Positions 45,749-55,330 of a stretch of DNA of 64,000 nt are shown piece after piece. Every line of letters begins with the position of its first letter. The first letter of the stretch is position 1. Under the pieces are notes generated by a model. That model was given only the letters and a program-made list of their open reading frames with translations. It searched no databases and was not told the DNA's origin. Made by a program: the position numbers and the translations under genes. Source of the DNA: an uncultured SAR86 cluster bacterium (GTDB taxonomy: Bacteria; Pseudomonadota; Gammaproteobacteria; Magnimaribacterales; AG-339-G14); contig CABZRA010000001.1 in NCBI GenBank assembly GCA_902527995.1, positions 20,923 through 84,922 on the forward strand. Direction: 5' to 3'.

Positions 45749-46808
45749 TTATAAATTCCTTAATTAACAAAATTCTTTTATCAAAAATCTCTTGTTTGAT
45801 GAGTTTAGAACTTTGATTATTAATTTTTTTAGGTTTAACTTTTGTAAGCTTATCTAATAAGTTCAAAAAGTCTAAATTATTTAAAATTTCATTTTCATTT
45901 ACTCTTAATTTGTAAAGATTATAAATTTTATTGGCTCGATTCTTATCCCTAAAAGCATCTATCTTCATTAAAGCTTCTAGGACAAGCTTAGATGAAATCT
46001 CGCTGCTCAAAGTATTAACGAATGCCGAAAAATGATTAGAATATTTTTTAAATTTATTGGGTACTTTTACTTTTCTATCTAATTTTACGTTCAAAGTTAA
46101 AAGCGCCCATTTTTCTTCATCTGAAAAAGAGTTCTTTTTAAAGTTTTTTAAAAAGATTAAATTTTTTGAGAATGTCTCAAGGTCGCTTGTAAAAGAAAAT
46201 AAAGCTCCAATTTCTTCCAAAATTTCAAAGTAGAGATGTGAATCTTTCATAGATAGACACTTTTGTGTTTCCATCCAAATTCTTTCAAATGAGAGATTGT
46301 TGAGCTCTCCTGAGGCACAAATTTCTTTCATAAAGGAGATTGTTTCTCCATAAATTTTAAAATCAAATTTATTCAAGTAAGTATAAAACCTTGCTACTCT
46401 AAAGACCCTTAAAGGGTCCTCTTTAAAAGCATTGGATATGTGCCTTAATACTCTGTTTTCGATATCCTTTAATCCTCCATAAGGATCTATTAATTCTCCA
46501 GCTTCTGTTTTAGCAATCGCGTTAACTGTTAAATCTCTCCTCAACAAATCTTCTTCGATAGTTATTTTTTTATTCACATCAAATTCGAAGTCTTTGTGTC
46601 CTAATCCGGTTTTGACTTCTTTTCTTGCGAGGGCATATTCTTCTTTAGTATCTGGATGCAAAAAAACAGGAAAGCTTTTTCCGACAGAAATGAAGCCTTT
46701 TTGAAGCATTTCTTTTTCTGAAGCCCCAATTACAACCCAATCTTTCTCACTAGACTGAATATTTAAAATTTCATCCCTAACTGCTCCTCCAACTAAAAAA
46801 ATTTTCAT
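45741..46808 (-). CDS. cca: CCA-adding tRNA nucleotidyltransferase (class II), without recognisable HD domain
   Basis: MKIFLVGGAVRDEIL, DWVVIG, FPVFLHP...EYALAR, RRDLTVNA, EDPLRVFRVARF. Confidence 0.9.
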   Translation of the reverse strand: MKIFLVGGAVRDEILNIQSSEKDWVVIGASEKEMLQKGFISVGKSFPVFLHPDTKEEYALARKEVKTGLGHKDFEFDVNKKITIEEDLLRRDLTVNAIAKTEAGELIDPYGGLKDIENRVLRHISNAFKEDPLRVFRVARFYTYLNKFDFKIYGETISFMKEICASGELNNLSFERIWMETQKCLSMKDSHLYFEILEEIGALFSFTSDLETFSKNLIFLKNFKKNSFSDEEKWALLTLNVKLDRKVKVPNKFKKYSNHFSAFVNTLSSEISSKLVLEALMKIDAFRDKNRANKIYNLYKLRVNENEILNNLDFLNLLDKLTKVKPKKINNQSSKLIKQEIFDKRILLIKEFINE

Positions 46809-47639
46809 TTAAGTTCTATTTACCTCGTATTTTTTTTGATCTTCAAGTCTTATGAAAGTAAGTTTATTCCCCCAGACACAGCCGGTATCTAATCCAATGA
46901 TATTTTTTTTTCTAGTTTTTCCATTCAGCGCGGCCCAATGACCAAATATTAAACAGTCTTCCTCTTCCATTGCATCTATCTTAAATTTAAACCAAGGCAA
47001 ATAGTTATATGGAAGATCTTTTAAGCCTTTTTTAAATGAAAACAAAATCTTGCCATTATCGTTGCAAACCCTGATCCTTGTTAAAGCATTGATAAAGAAA
47101 GAAAGTTTATCTTGTAGTGAAACGATTTTAAAATTAGTTTTTCTATGATGGAAAAAAATCTTTTTAATGTTTTTTTTAGGATTTTTTTGTATAAATTTCT
47201 GACTAAGATTGTTCAATCTTAAGCAATCTTCGAAACTCAAATTATGTGGGAGACCTGCGTGCACCATTATTATTTTCTTTTTTGTCCCACTTTTAAGGTT
47301 AATTTTTTTAGAAAAGAAAAAGGGTTGTTTAATCAAGAATTCAGCATATTTTTTACAATCTCGATGCTTTAAAACTTCTTTTAAAGTGTCATTCTTTTGC
47401 TTTTTTCTCTCTGAGTAATATCTAGCTAAAAAATGTAAGTCATGATTTCCAAGTACCATATGCACCCTAGAGCGAAGTTCGTAAATTTTTTTAAGAGTTT
47501 TAAGAGAATCAGGTCCTCTATTTATCAAATCTCCTGTTATCCAAAGATAGTCTTTTTCTTTATTAAATTTTATTTTTTTTAATCCTTTCTCAAATTCTTC
47601 GTAACATCCTTGAATATCTCCAACTGCGTAATTAGCCAT
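46809..47639 (-). CDS. apaH: Symmetrical bis(5'-nucleosyl)-tetraphosphatase
   Basis: ANYAVGDIQGC, GDLINRGPDS, LGNHDLH and GHWAAL metallophosphatase motifs. Confidence 0.92.
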   Translation of the reverse strand: MANYAVGDIQGCYEEFEKGLKKIKFNKEKDYLWITGDLINRGPDSLKTLKKIYELRSRVHMVLGNHDLHFLARYYSERKKQKNDTLKEVLKHRDCKKYAEFLIKQPFFFSKKINLKSGTKKKIIMVHAGLPHNLSFEDCLRLNNLSQKFIQKNPKKNIKKIFFHHRKTNFKIVSLQDKLSFFINALTRIRVCNDNGKILFSFKKGLKDLPYNYLPWFKFKIDAMEEEDCLIFGHWAALNGKTRKKNIIGLDTGCVWGNKLTFIRLEDQKKYEVNRT

Positions 47640-48426
47640 GACTTTTTAGGAGTTTAGACAATTCAAGAAAGTTTTGGGTACTTAACTGATCAGGGCGAAG
47701 ATTAAAATCTAAATCAATTTTTTTGATTTCACTTTCATTAAAAATTTTTGTAAGAGTTTTTTTTATCTTTTTCCTTTTTGCACTAAATAAATGATTAAGA
47801 ATTTTTTTTAAATTATTAAGTTCATTTTGGTCAAGAAACTCCTTTTTAGGTTTAAATTTTACAAAAGAGCTATCAACTTTTGGCGATGGGTTGAAAAAAG
47901 ATTTGTCAACATTCTTTAAAATTTTAACTTCAAATAAATAGTCACAAATTACACTTAGTTTTCCATAAGACTTAGAATTTTCATTTCCAACACACCTTTC
48001 TGCAAATTCTTTTTGTAACATAAAATGCATATCAATTATCAGTTCTGAATTTTTAATACACCACTCAATTATTGGGCTCGAAAGATTATAGGGAAGGTTG
48101 CCTGCTAGACGGATACTTTTTCTTTTTTTAGTGATAGTACTTAAATCAAAAGTTAGTAAGTTTTCATTTATAAGTTTAAAGTTATTTTTTTTTATAAATT
48201 TCTCTTCTAACAAAGAGATTAGGTTTTTATCTATTTCTATAGAAGTGCAAAAGTCTGACCTATCTAAAATCAATTTAGTAAAATTTCCTGTCCCAGGCCC
48301 AATTTCAAGGAACCTATCGTAATTTTCTATACCCATTAAATTAGCCAGTTCGTCAAGTAAAATCTGATCTTCTAGGAAGTTTTGACCAAATCTTTTTTTT
48401 GGATAAACTTTATTAAAATTTTTCAC
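47632..48426 (-). CDS. rsmA: 16S rRNA (adenine1518/1519-N6)-dimethyltransferase
   Basis: KRFGQNFL, the EIGPGTGNFT SAM motif and GNLPYNLSSPI. Confidence 0.93.
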   Translation of the reverse strand: MKNFNKVYPKKRFGQNFLEDQILLDELANLMGIENYDRFLEIGPGTGNFTKLILDRSDFCTSIEIDKNLISLLEEKFIKKNNFKLINENLLTFDLSTITKKRKSIRLAGNLPYNLSSPIIEWCIKNSELIIDMHFMLQKEFAERCVGNENSKSYGKLSVICDYLFEVKILKNVDKSFFNPSPKVDSSFVKFKPKKEFLDQNELNNLKKILNHLFSAKRKKIKKTLTKIFNESEIKKIDLDFNLRPDQLSTQNFLELSKLLKSHG

Positions 48427-49379
48427 TCAACCATTTCTAATGATGTTCTAATCGCTTCTTGTGCACTAGCGTCGTTTGCAGAAAATTTTTTGGCTATGTC
48501 ATAAGCCGTGCCATGATCTACAGAGACTCTTATAAAAGGTAAGCCTAGAGTAATATTTACGGAATTTCCAAATCCTAAAGTTTTTAAAACAGGTAAACCT
48601 TGATCATGAAACATCGAAAGGAAGGCATCATATCTGTCTAATTTTTCTGGCACAAATGCTGTATCTGCTGGTTCTGGCCCATCAACATTGAGTTTATTTT
48701 TTTTTAGTTTATCTATTAAGGGCTTTATTACTTCTATTTCTTCAGATCCTAAAAAACCTTTTTCTCCAGCGTGAGGATTTAAGCCTAAAACACATATTTT
48801 AGGACTTTTTAATTTCCATTTTTGTTTTAATTCGTCAATTAGAATTTTAAGAATAATTTCTAGTTTTTTTGTTGAGATATTTTTACTCACATCTTTTAGA
48901 GGAATATGAGTAGTAGCTAAAGCAACTTTCAAAACTTTGTTTGCTAAAAGCATAACAACATTCTTTCTATTTGAAATGTCAGCAAGAAATTCTGTATGAC
49001 CCGAAAATTCAAAACCATATTCATTTATTAAAGCTTTATTAATTGGACCTGTAATTATTGCAGAATATTTCTTATCTAGAGCTCCTAAAGAAGCTTCAAA
49101 CAATACGTCTAAAATATATTTAGCATTTTGTGTGTTCGGTTTTCCTAGAACTACTTTAGCCGCCAGGGGAATATGTCGGACATTTATTGTTCCTGAAGTT
49201 TTAGAATCTTTTTTGAATTTTAAATTAAGATTAAGTTTTTTATTTAAAGATTCAAAATGATCAATATCTCCAATGAGAACAAATTTCTTGTAGTTTTTTT
49301 TATTTTTACTTAATGCTTTTAAGCAAACTTCTGGACCAATCCCGGCAGGATCTCCAGGACTTATTGCAATTAGACTCAT
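48423..49379 (-). CDS. pdxA: 4-hydroxythreonine-4-phosphate dehydrogenase
   Basis: ISPGDPAGIGPE, SGHTEFL, GLNPHAGE and SVDHGTA. Confidence 0.93.
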   Translation of the reverse strand: MSLIAISPGDPAGIGPEVCLKALSKNKKNYKKFVLIGDIDHFESLNKKLNLNLKFKKDSKTSGTINVRHIPLAAKVVLGKPNTQNAKYILDVLFEASLGALDKKYSAIITGPINKALINEYGFEFSGHTEFLADISNRKNVVMLLANKVLKVALATTHIPLKDVSKNISTKKLEIILKILIDELKQKWKLKSPKICVLGLNPHAGEKGFLGSEEIEVIKPLIDKLKKNKLNVDGPEPADTAFVPEKLDRYDAFLSMFHDQGLPVLKTLGFGNSVNITLGLPFIRVSVDHGTAYDIAKKFSANDASAQEAIRTSLEMVE

Positions 49380-50626
49380 GATCTTTTTTTAATTTCTACG
49401 AATGAATCTGAGCGCATCTCTTGGAGAGTACTTTCTAATTGTTCTTGGAATTTTCTTTCAAAAAGAATTCTGTAAGCTTTGTTTCGTTGCAGAGTTATTG
49501 ATATATCTTCTTTTCTTTTATCTAACACCTCTGCAATGTGCCATCCAAAGGAACTTTTAAACGGCTCTGTAACATTATTAAGGTCAGAATTATCGAGGGC
49601 TTCCTTAAATGCAGGGGCATAATTATCAGTAGAGGACCATCCAAGGGAGCCTCCGTCTAATTTGGAACCAGGATCGTCTGAGTATAATCTCGCAAGAATC
49701 TCGAAAGACTCACCTTGATTCAATTTTTCTTTTATTTCTTTTATCAACTTTTCAGCTTGACTATCGCTTCTAACTTCTGATGTCTGAACGAGAATATGTC
49801 TTGAAAGAACTTGATCTTCAATTTTTACCGTATCTCCTCTTTTGTCTTTAAGATAAAGGATATGAAAACCTGCTCCACTTTTAATTGGACCCCTAAATTC
49901 TCCTAGCTGCATTTCACTAATAATATTTGTGAACAAAGTAGGAATATTTGAAACTCTTTTCCATGACAATTCTTCTTCAGTTTGTTTAGATTGGTCTTCA
50001 ATTTTTTTCAAGTTTTCAAAATTATCACCATTTTTTAGACTGGCTAGGATTTCGTTCGCATCTTCTTCATTTTTCACTAAGATTTGATCGAATTTATATT
50101 CAATTACAAGAAGATTTTGTCCATCTGTAGAGTTAATAAAATTATTTAATTCTTGCTCTGAAATAAATACTTTAGGACCAACCATCCCTCTTTGAACCCT
50201 TGCGATAATCATTTCTTTTTTTACTTCTTCTCTAAGCTTCTCATAGGATTCACCTTGAGATTCAATTTCTTTTTTAAAATCTATCAAACTTAAATTGTTG
50301 TTAGCCGCAAGTAAGGACATTGATTCGTTAAGTTCTTGATCGCTAATTCTCACTCCAGCTTTAAAAGCTCTTTGGATTTGAAGTTCTTGAATAATTAAAT
50401 TTTCTAAGATCTGTTCTTCTAAAAATTTTTCAGGAGGTAGCGGCCTATCAACATTAGCCTCTTTAAAATTTTTAAGATAAGTTTCTTTAGCCTCTAAAAA
50501 TTGGGATTCCATAATTATGCCATCCCCTGCGATTGCAATTATTTGATCAAGACTAATTTTTTCTGAAAATATTGAGGCGGTAAAGAATAAAATAACCAAT
50601 ACTTTTATAAATTTCATAACAACCAT
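49376..50626 (-). CDS. surA: Periplasmic chaperone / PPIase SurA
   Basis: Signal peptide. SurA N-domain. Two parvulin modules (GFHILYLKD and FGWHIAEVLDKR). An alternative ATG at 50617 would give MKFIKVL... Confidence 0.9.
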   Translation of the reverse strand: MVVMKFIKVLVILFFTASIFSEKISLDQIIAIAGDGIIMESQFLEAKETYLKNFKEANVDRPLPPEKFLEEQILENLIIQELQIQRAFKAGVRISDQELNESMSLLAANNNLSLIDFKKEIESQGESYEKLREEVKKEMIIARVQRGMVGPKVFISEQELNNFINSTDGQNLLVIEYKFDQILVKNEEDANEILASLKNGDNFENLKKIEDQSKQTEEELSWKRVSNIPTLFTNIISEMQLGEFRGPIKSGAGFHILYLKDKRGDTVKIEDQVLSRHILVQTSEVRSDSQAEKLIKEIKEKLNQGESFEILARLYSDDPGSKLDGGSLGWSSTDNYAPAFKEALDNSDLNNVTEPFKSSFGWHIAEVLDKRKEDISITLQRNKAYRILFERKFQEQLESTLQEMRSDSFVEIKKRS

Positions 50627-50627
50627 T

Positions 50628-52700
50628 TTAGTTCAAAGTTCTTCTTTTTATATAATTATCTATGGGTCTTCCCAACGAGCCCAAACCCTTTAATTCAAAA
50701 TAAATTCTAAAACTTTCCTGATTGTAGTCGTCGTAAATGTTTTCATTTAAAACTTTTACCCAATCAAGTTCTTTTGAATGAATTAAAGCCATGCCTAATT
50801 TTAGTCCTGGATTTTCGTATTCTAAACCTAATACAAAATTAGTCAGATTAGAATTTTCAATATCGTAAATAATCTTTGAGCTGAAATTGTATTCATAATT
50901 TCCATTAAACCGAAATTCTGCATCTAATTGATTTAGCTTTTTTTTAGCAGAATCGTTTAAAAGATATGAATTTATATTCTCTGCCCAAAAATAATTAAAT
51001 ACAAAAGAAGAAATAGAAAAATTTCTTTCAAAATTAAAGTTAAATGTATTAAATTCTTTTTCATCATCTATCTTTAAATTTAAATTTAGTTCTGAATTTT
51101 CATCAGTTAAATAGCTAAATTTTAAATCATACGGTTCTGGAAGAATAAAAGTTTTGTCTAAAATTCTAATTTCTCTCGAACTACTAATTTTTTTTGAAAA
51201 ATTAAATTCTATAAACTTTCGTTTAGAGTCATAAATTTCATTAGCCCATCCCAAAATAATATCCTTTTTTTCTGATAAGAAATTTTTACCCGCTAAATCA
51301 TTAAATATAAAACTATTTTGACGCAAAGAGATTCCAGAATTAATTAAAGGTATACCATTTTGATTTTTTTTGGGCGAAAATGAAAATATAAGATAGGGTT
51401 TCAAAAAATCAACTTTTAAAGAATCTTTCTTAATAAAATTTTTAGAAAACTTTAGTTTTATTTCTGGCTGAATTCTTTCAATAGATGAAGTTTCTAAATT
51501 AAATTTACTTAGATTTAATTTTGCCGATATTTCTGTCAATAGAGAGTTTTTATAAGTTGAATAATTTAAATATGGAGAGACATCATAACTCTCAAGCCTT
51601 TCTTTTCTCGAATCGTTAAAAGCCCCTCCTTTTCTGTAAAAAGATATATAAGAATTTATCCCATAGTTAAAGAATTTATTTTTTTCAAACCAAGATAACT
51701 CAAGTTTTGGTAGTTCCTGAAATTGATTCTCACCTAATGGATTCACTATTTTAAATGAATTAACTTTCAAAACAGCTTTATGTTTATCCGAAAAACTAGA
51801 AATAATTAATTGCTGAGGTGAATAGAGAGTTTTTGAAGTTCCATTAAAATCCCCCCCAAAATCATTTAAAAAGAATGTGTCACTAACATTTGCATATTTA
51901 ATTTCAAGAAAAGAATTTTCCTTAAATGTTTGAGAGTGAGTAAAGTTGAAAGACCAGCGAAAAGAGTTTTTACTGTAATTTTTTTCATATTCTTTGTCAT
52001 TAGTCAAAATAGAACTATTAATTACTCCGTTGAAAGTATTAGCTAGATAACGTAATTCATTAGAAATACCAAAGCCTCTTTTTGAAATATATCTTGGCTC
52101 CAATGTCGCATCTAAATTTTCTTTTAGGTTCAGGTAATAAGGTATGGATGCATCAATTCCTGATTTATTTGATATGTTAATTTCAGGCAGTAAAAAACCG
52201 CTTTTCCTCTCAGATGAAGCTGGAAATGAACCTTTTGGCCATGCACCAATTGTCTTACCATGAACTTTCAGTTTAGCGTCTTTAAAATTAACTGATTCAG
52301 AATCTTCACTAAAAGAAATTTCTGAAGCCTCAACCCACCAAATTTTTTCCAAACAAGGACAAAGAGAAAAACTAACATCTTTGATGGTAATATTTTCCTT
52401 AGAAAAGTTTAATTTCTCAGCCTCACCCCAAAAATTGTTTTCTTCAACTAAGAATGAAAGAGATTCAGAATAACCTTGTTGGTTTTTTTGATCTAACACA
52501 AATTTTTCCGTTGAGATCGATAAATTATCAATTTGAATTGAAACAGAGTTTTCCAAGACTAAGTTTTCTTCCAAATTAGAAGATATTTTTCCTGCAGAGT
52601 AACTTATTTTCTGGCCGAAACTAAAACCTCCTACGATAATTAAAAAGAAGAGAAAATAATATCTTGATATTAAAGTTATTTTTTTGGAAAAATTAAACAT
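50628..52700 (-). CDS. lptD: LPS-assembly outer-membrane protein LptD
   Basis: Upstream of surA in the conserved operon. N-terminal OstA/LptA-like jellyroll followed by a very large Asn/Ser/Phe/Tyr-rich barrel (...YYLNL..., ...LEYENPGLKLG...). Confidence 0.88.
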   Translation of the reverse strand: MFNFSKKITLISRYYFLFFLIIVGGFSFGQKISYSAGKISSNLEENLVLENSVSIQIDNLSISTEKFVLDQKNQQGYSESLSFLVEENNFWGEAEKLNFSKENITIKDVSFSLCPCLEKIWWVEASEISFSEDSESVNFKDAKLKVHGKTIGAWPKGSFPASSERKSGFLLPEINISNKSGIDASIPYYLNLKENLDATLEPRYISKRGFGISNELRYLANTFNGVINSSILTNDKEYEKNYSKNSFRWSFNFTHSQTFKENSFLEIKYANVSDTFFLNDFGGDFNGTSKTLYSPQQLIISSFSDKHKAVLKVNSFKIVNPLGENQFQELPKLELSWFEKNKFFNYGINSYISFYRKGGAFNDSRKERLESYDVSPYLNYSTYKNSLLTEISAKLNLSKFNLETSSIERIQPEIKLKFSKNFIKKDSLKVDFLKPYLIFSFSPKKNQNGIPLINSGISLRQNSFIFNDLAGKNFLSEKKDIILGWANEIYDSKRKFIEFNFSKKISSSREIRILDKTFILPEPYDLKFSYLTDENSELNLNLKIDDEKEFNTFNFNFERNFSISSFVFNYFWAENINSYLLNDSAKKKLNQLDAEFRFNGNYEYNFSSKIIYDIENSNLTNFVLGLEYENPGLKLGMALIHSKELDWVKVLNENIYDDYNQESFRIYFELKGLGSLGRPIDNYIKRRTLN

Positions 52701-52769
52701 AATAAAATTACGTTTGTAATGATATTAGATGCTATTGAAGGTTAAAATACAATTTTAATAGGAGATTAA

Positions 52770-53630
52770 ATGACAAAATTAACTAATAAAACTTTATTCA
52801 TTTCAGGGGCAAGCAGAGGAATTGGTTTAGCGATTGCCAAAAGGGCTGCTGCTGATGGAGCAAATATAATTCTTGCGGCAAAGACTGCCGAACCTCATCC
52901 AAAACTTCCAGGCACGATTTACACAGCTGCCGATGAAATAGAAAGTGTCGGAGGAAAAGCTTTTCCAGTAATTTGTGATATCAGATCAGAGGAGCAAGTA
53001 GATAATGCTGTTTCCACTGGGGCAGATCATTTTGGCGGTATAGATATTTGTATAAATAATGCCAGCGCCATACAGCTTACGGGCACGTTACAGACCGATA
53101 TGAAAAGATACGATTTAATGAATCAAATCAACGCTAGAGGAACCTTTTTAACTTCAAAAAAATGCCTACCTTTTTTATTAAAAGCTGAAAATCCTCATAT
53201 ATTAAATCTTTCACCACCATTGGATATGAAGCCTTATTGGTTTTCAAATCATGTTGCATACACAATTGCTAAATTTGGAATGAGTTTATGTGTTTTAGGA
53301 ATGGCAGAAGAATTCAAAGAGCAAGGAGTCGCAGTAAATGCATTATGGCCAAGAACTGCAATAGCAACTGCAGCTGTACAGAATGTTTTAGGAGGAGATG
53401 AAATGTCAAAAATTTCAAGGACTCCTGAAATTATGGCAGACGCAGCGCATGTAATTCTTACCAAAAATTCTAAAGAATTTTCTGGAAACTTTTGCATCGA
53501 TGACAATTTGCTTGCAGATAACGGAGTTAAAGACTTTTCTAAATATGCGTCAGTTCCGTTTGATCAATTGGCTCCAGACTTTTTTGTTCCTGAAGATATT
53601 CCGGCTCCTGAAGAGGCAAAAAATAGCTAG
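52770..53630 (+). CDS. SDR-family oxidoreductase (HSDL2-like)
   Basis: LFISGASRGIGLAIAKRAAADGANIILAAKTAEPHPKLPGTIYTAADEIE, NNASA and YTIAKFG (Y-x-x-x-K). AGGAGA RBS. Confidence 0.8.
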   Translation: MTKLTNKTLFISGASRGIGLAIAKRAAADGANIILAAKTAEPHPKLPGTIYTAADEIESVGGKAFPVICDIRSEEQVDNAVSTGADHFGGIDICINNASAIQLTGTLQTDMKRYDLMNQINARGTFLTSKKCLPFLLKAENPHILNLSPPLDMKPYWFSNHVAYTIAKFGMSLCVLGMAEEFKEQGVAVNALWPRTAIATAAVQNVLGGDEMSKISRTPEIMADAAHVILTKNSKEFSGNFCIDDNLLADNGVKDFSKYASVPFDQLAPDFFVPEDIPAPEEAKNS

Positions 53631-53639
53631 GATGATTTT

Positions 53640-54656
53640 TTGAGCCTGGAGATATCTGTTTCTCAAAATAATTGGCTTTTAAAGTCTTTTAAAGAGAGTG
53701 GCTTTGGCAATATAACTTCTACCTCACAATTAAGAATTGAATCTAGCCAAAGAGAATTTTTTAGAGTTAAGTCAATAAAAAGGTCTTTAATCTTAATGGT
53801 CGTACCAGCAGGTATTGACGAAAGCGTTTCGTTGTTTGTAACGATAGGGAGATTTTTAAAAAAAAATAAAGTTAATGTTCCAGAGATTTTTGCTTATGAC
53901 GAAAATCTTGGCTTAATTCTTGTAGAAGATTTTGGAGACAATCTTTATCAGTTTAATTTAGATAATTCTCCTGATCTGTATTATGAACAGGCGATAAATG
54001 AACTAATTAAAATTCAATCATCGAATAAAGATGATATTTTTCTTAAATCCTTAAATGAAGAAATCTTTGATATGAATTGGGAGTTATTTGAAAAAGACTT
54101 TTATAGGAATTTTCTGGCTTTGTCAGATGAAAAGCTTCTTCATAAAATAAAAAAAAATTACAATTTCGTATGTAGTCAACTCGAAAATCAGCCCAAAGTA
54201 GTTTGCCATTATGATTATGAATGCAGGAATTTAATTTTTACGAGTTCAAAAAAAGCCGGAATTTTAGATTTTCAAGATGCTTTAATAGGACCTATTGGTT
54301 TAGATTTAGCCTCATTATTTAAGGATCTTTATTATGAGTGGCCTGAAGAAAAAATTCATAATTGGTACAAAATTTACATTTCAAAAATAAAAAAAAAGTT
54401 AGGTTTAGAACTTAGCTTTGAGTTACTTGTCAAATTTATAGATTTTGCAAGCATTCAAAGGCAAATAAGAATTTTAGGAAAGTTGTCTCAAGTTTACCAA
54501 CAGCTAAGCAGAGAGGAACGCATAAAAGATTTTCCTAGATTAATTGATTATCTGGTTGAAACGTCTTCAAGATATGTAGAACTAGAGAACTTATCTTTTG
54601 CAATAAGTTCTCTACGAGAACCTCTAGAAAATAAAATGGACAAAATTTTTTCGTGA
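53640..54656 (+). CDS. amgK: APH-fold anomeric MurNAc/GlcNAc kinase (AmgK-like)
   Basis: APH-type motifs (VCHYDYECRNLIF, ILDFQDALIGPIGLDLASL). GTGA-coupled to a murU-like gene. The position next to lptD is as in Pseudomonas. TTG start. Confidence 0.7.
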   Translation: MSLEISVSQNNWLLKSFKESGFGNITSTSQLRIESSQREFFRVKSIKRSLILMVVPAGIDESVSLFVTIGRFLKKNKVNVPEIFAYDENLGLILVEDFGDNLYQFNLDNSPDLYYEQAINELIKIQSSNKDDIFLKSLNEEIFDMNWELFEKDFYRNFLALSDEKLLHKIKKNYNFVCSQLENQPKVVCHYDYECRNLIFTSSKKAGILDFQDALIGPIGLDLASLFKDLYYEWPEEKIHNWYKIYISKIKKKLGLELSFELLVKFIDFASIQRQIRILGKLSQVYQQLSREERIKDFPRLIDYLVETSSRYVELENLSFAISSLREPLENKMDKIFS

Positions 54657-55318
54657 AAGCTTTTATTTTAGCTGCTGGCAAAGGAGAAAGGTTAAAGCCT
54701 TTAACTAATGATACTCCTAAACCATTGATTTCGATCAAGGGGAAACCTTTGCTTGAATGGAATTTACTAAAGCTAAAAAGTGCAGGAATAACAGATGTCG
54801 TAATAAATTTACATTATTTGGGAGAAGAAATAATAAATTACTTTGGAGATGGAAAAAATTTTGATTTAAATATTCAATACTCTAAAGAGCAGAATTTGTT
54901 AGACACTGGGGGAGCCTTAATCCAAGGAAAATTTTATTTGGATGATTCACCTTTCATTTTGCTTAGTGGTGATTTATGGACAAATTATCCTTTCAGTAGA
55001 TTGGTTACCAAAGACCTAAAAAGCAAAGCTCATTTGGTGCTAATAAAAAACCATGATGAATTTAAGGGGGATTTTAATTTAATTGATTCTAAAATATGTG
55101 TCGATGTAAAAAATAACGAATTCACTTATTCAGGTATCTCTTTGATTGATCCATCTATTATTCCAAATGAGGAACCGACTTCTAAAGAATTATGGAGAGA
55201 TATTTTAGAAGCCCATGCAAAACAAGAACAACTCACCGGGGAAGTTTTCCACGGCTTTGTAAAAAATATAAATAGTCTCATTGACCTTGAACAATTAGAC
55301 GTTGCAATCTCTGAATAG
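54653..55318 (+). CDS. murU: MurNAc-alpha-1-phosphate uridylyltransferase (MurU-like nucleotidyltransferase)
   Basis: The N-terminal MKAFILAAGKGERLKPLT nucleotidyltransferase motif. ~220 aa. Paired with amgK. Confidence 0.75.
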   Translation: MKAFILAAGKGERLKPLTNDTPKPLISIKGKPLLEWNLLKLKSAGITDVVINLHYLGEEIINYFGDGKNFDLNIQYSKEQNLLDTGGALIQGKFYLDDSPFILLSGDLWTNYPFSRLVTKDLKSKAHLVLIKNHDEFKGDFNLIDSKICVDVKNNEFTYSGISLIDPSIIPNEEPTSKELWRDILEAHAKQEQLTGEVFHGFVKNINSLIDLEQLDVAISE

Positions 55319-55330
55319 TAAAATTTCTGT

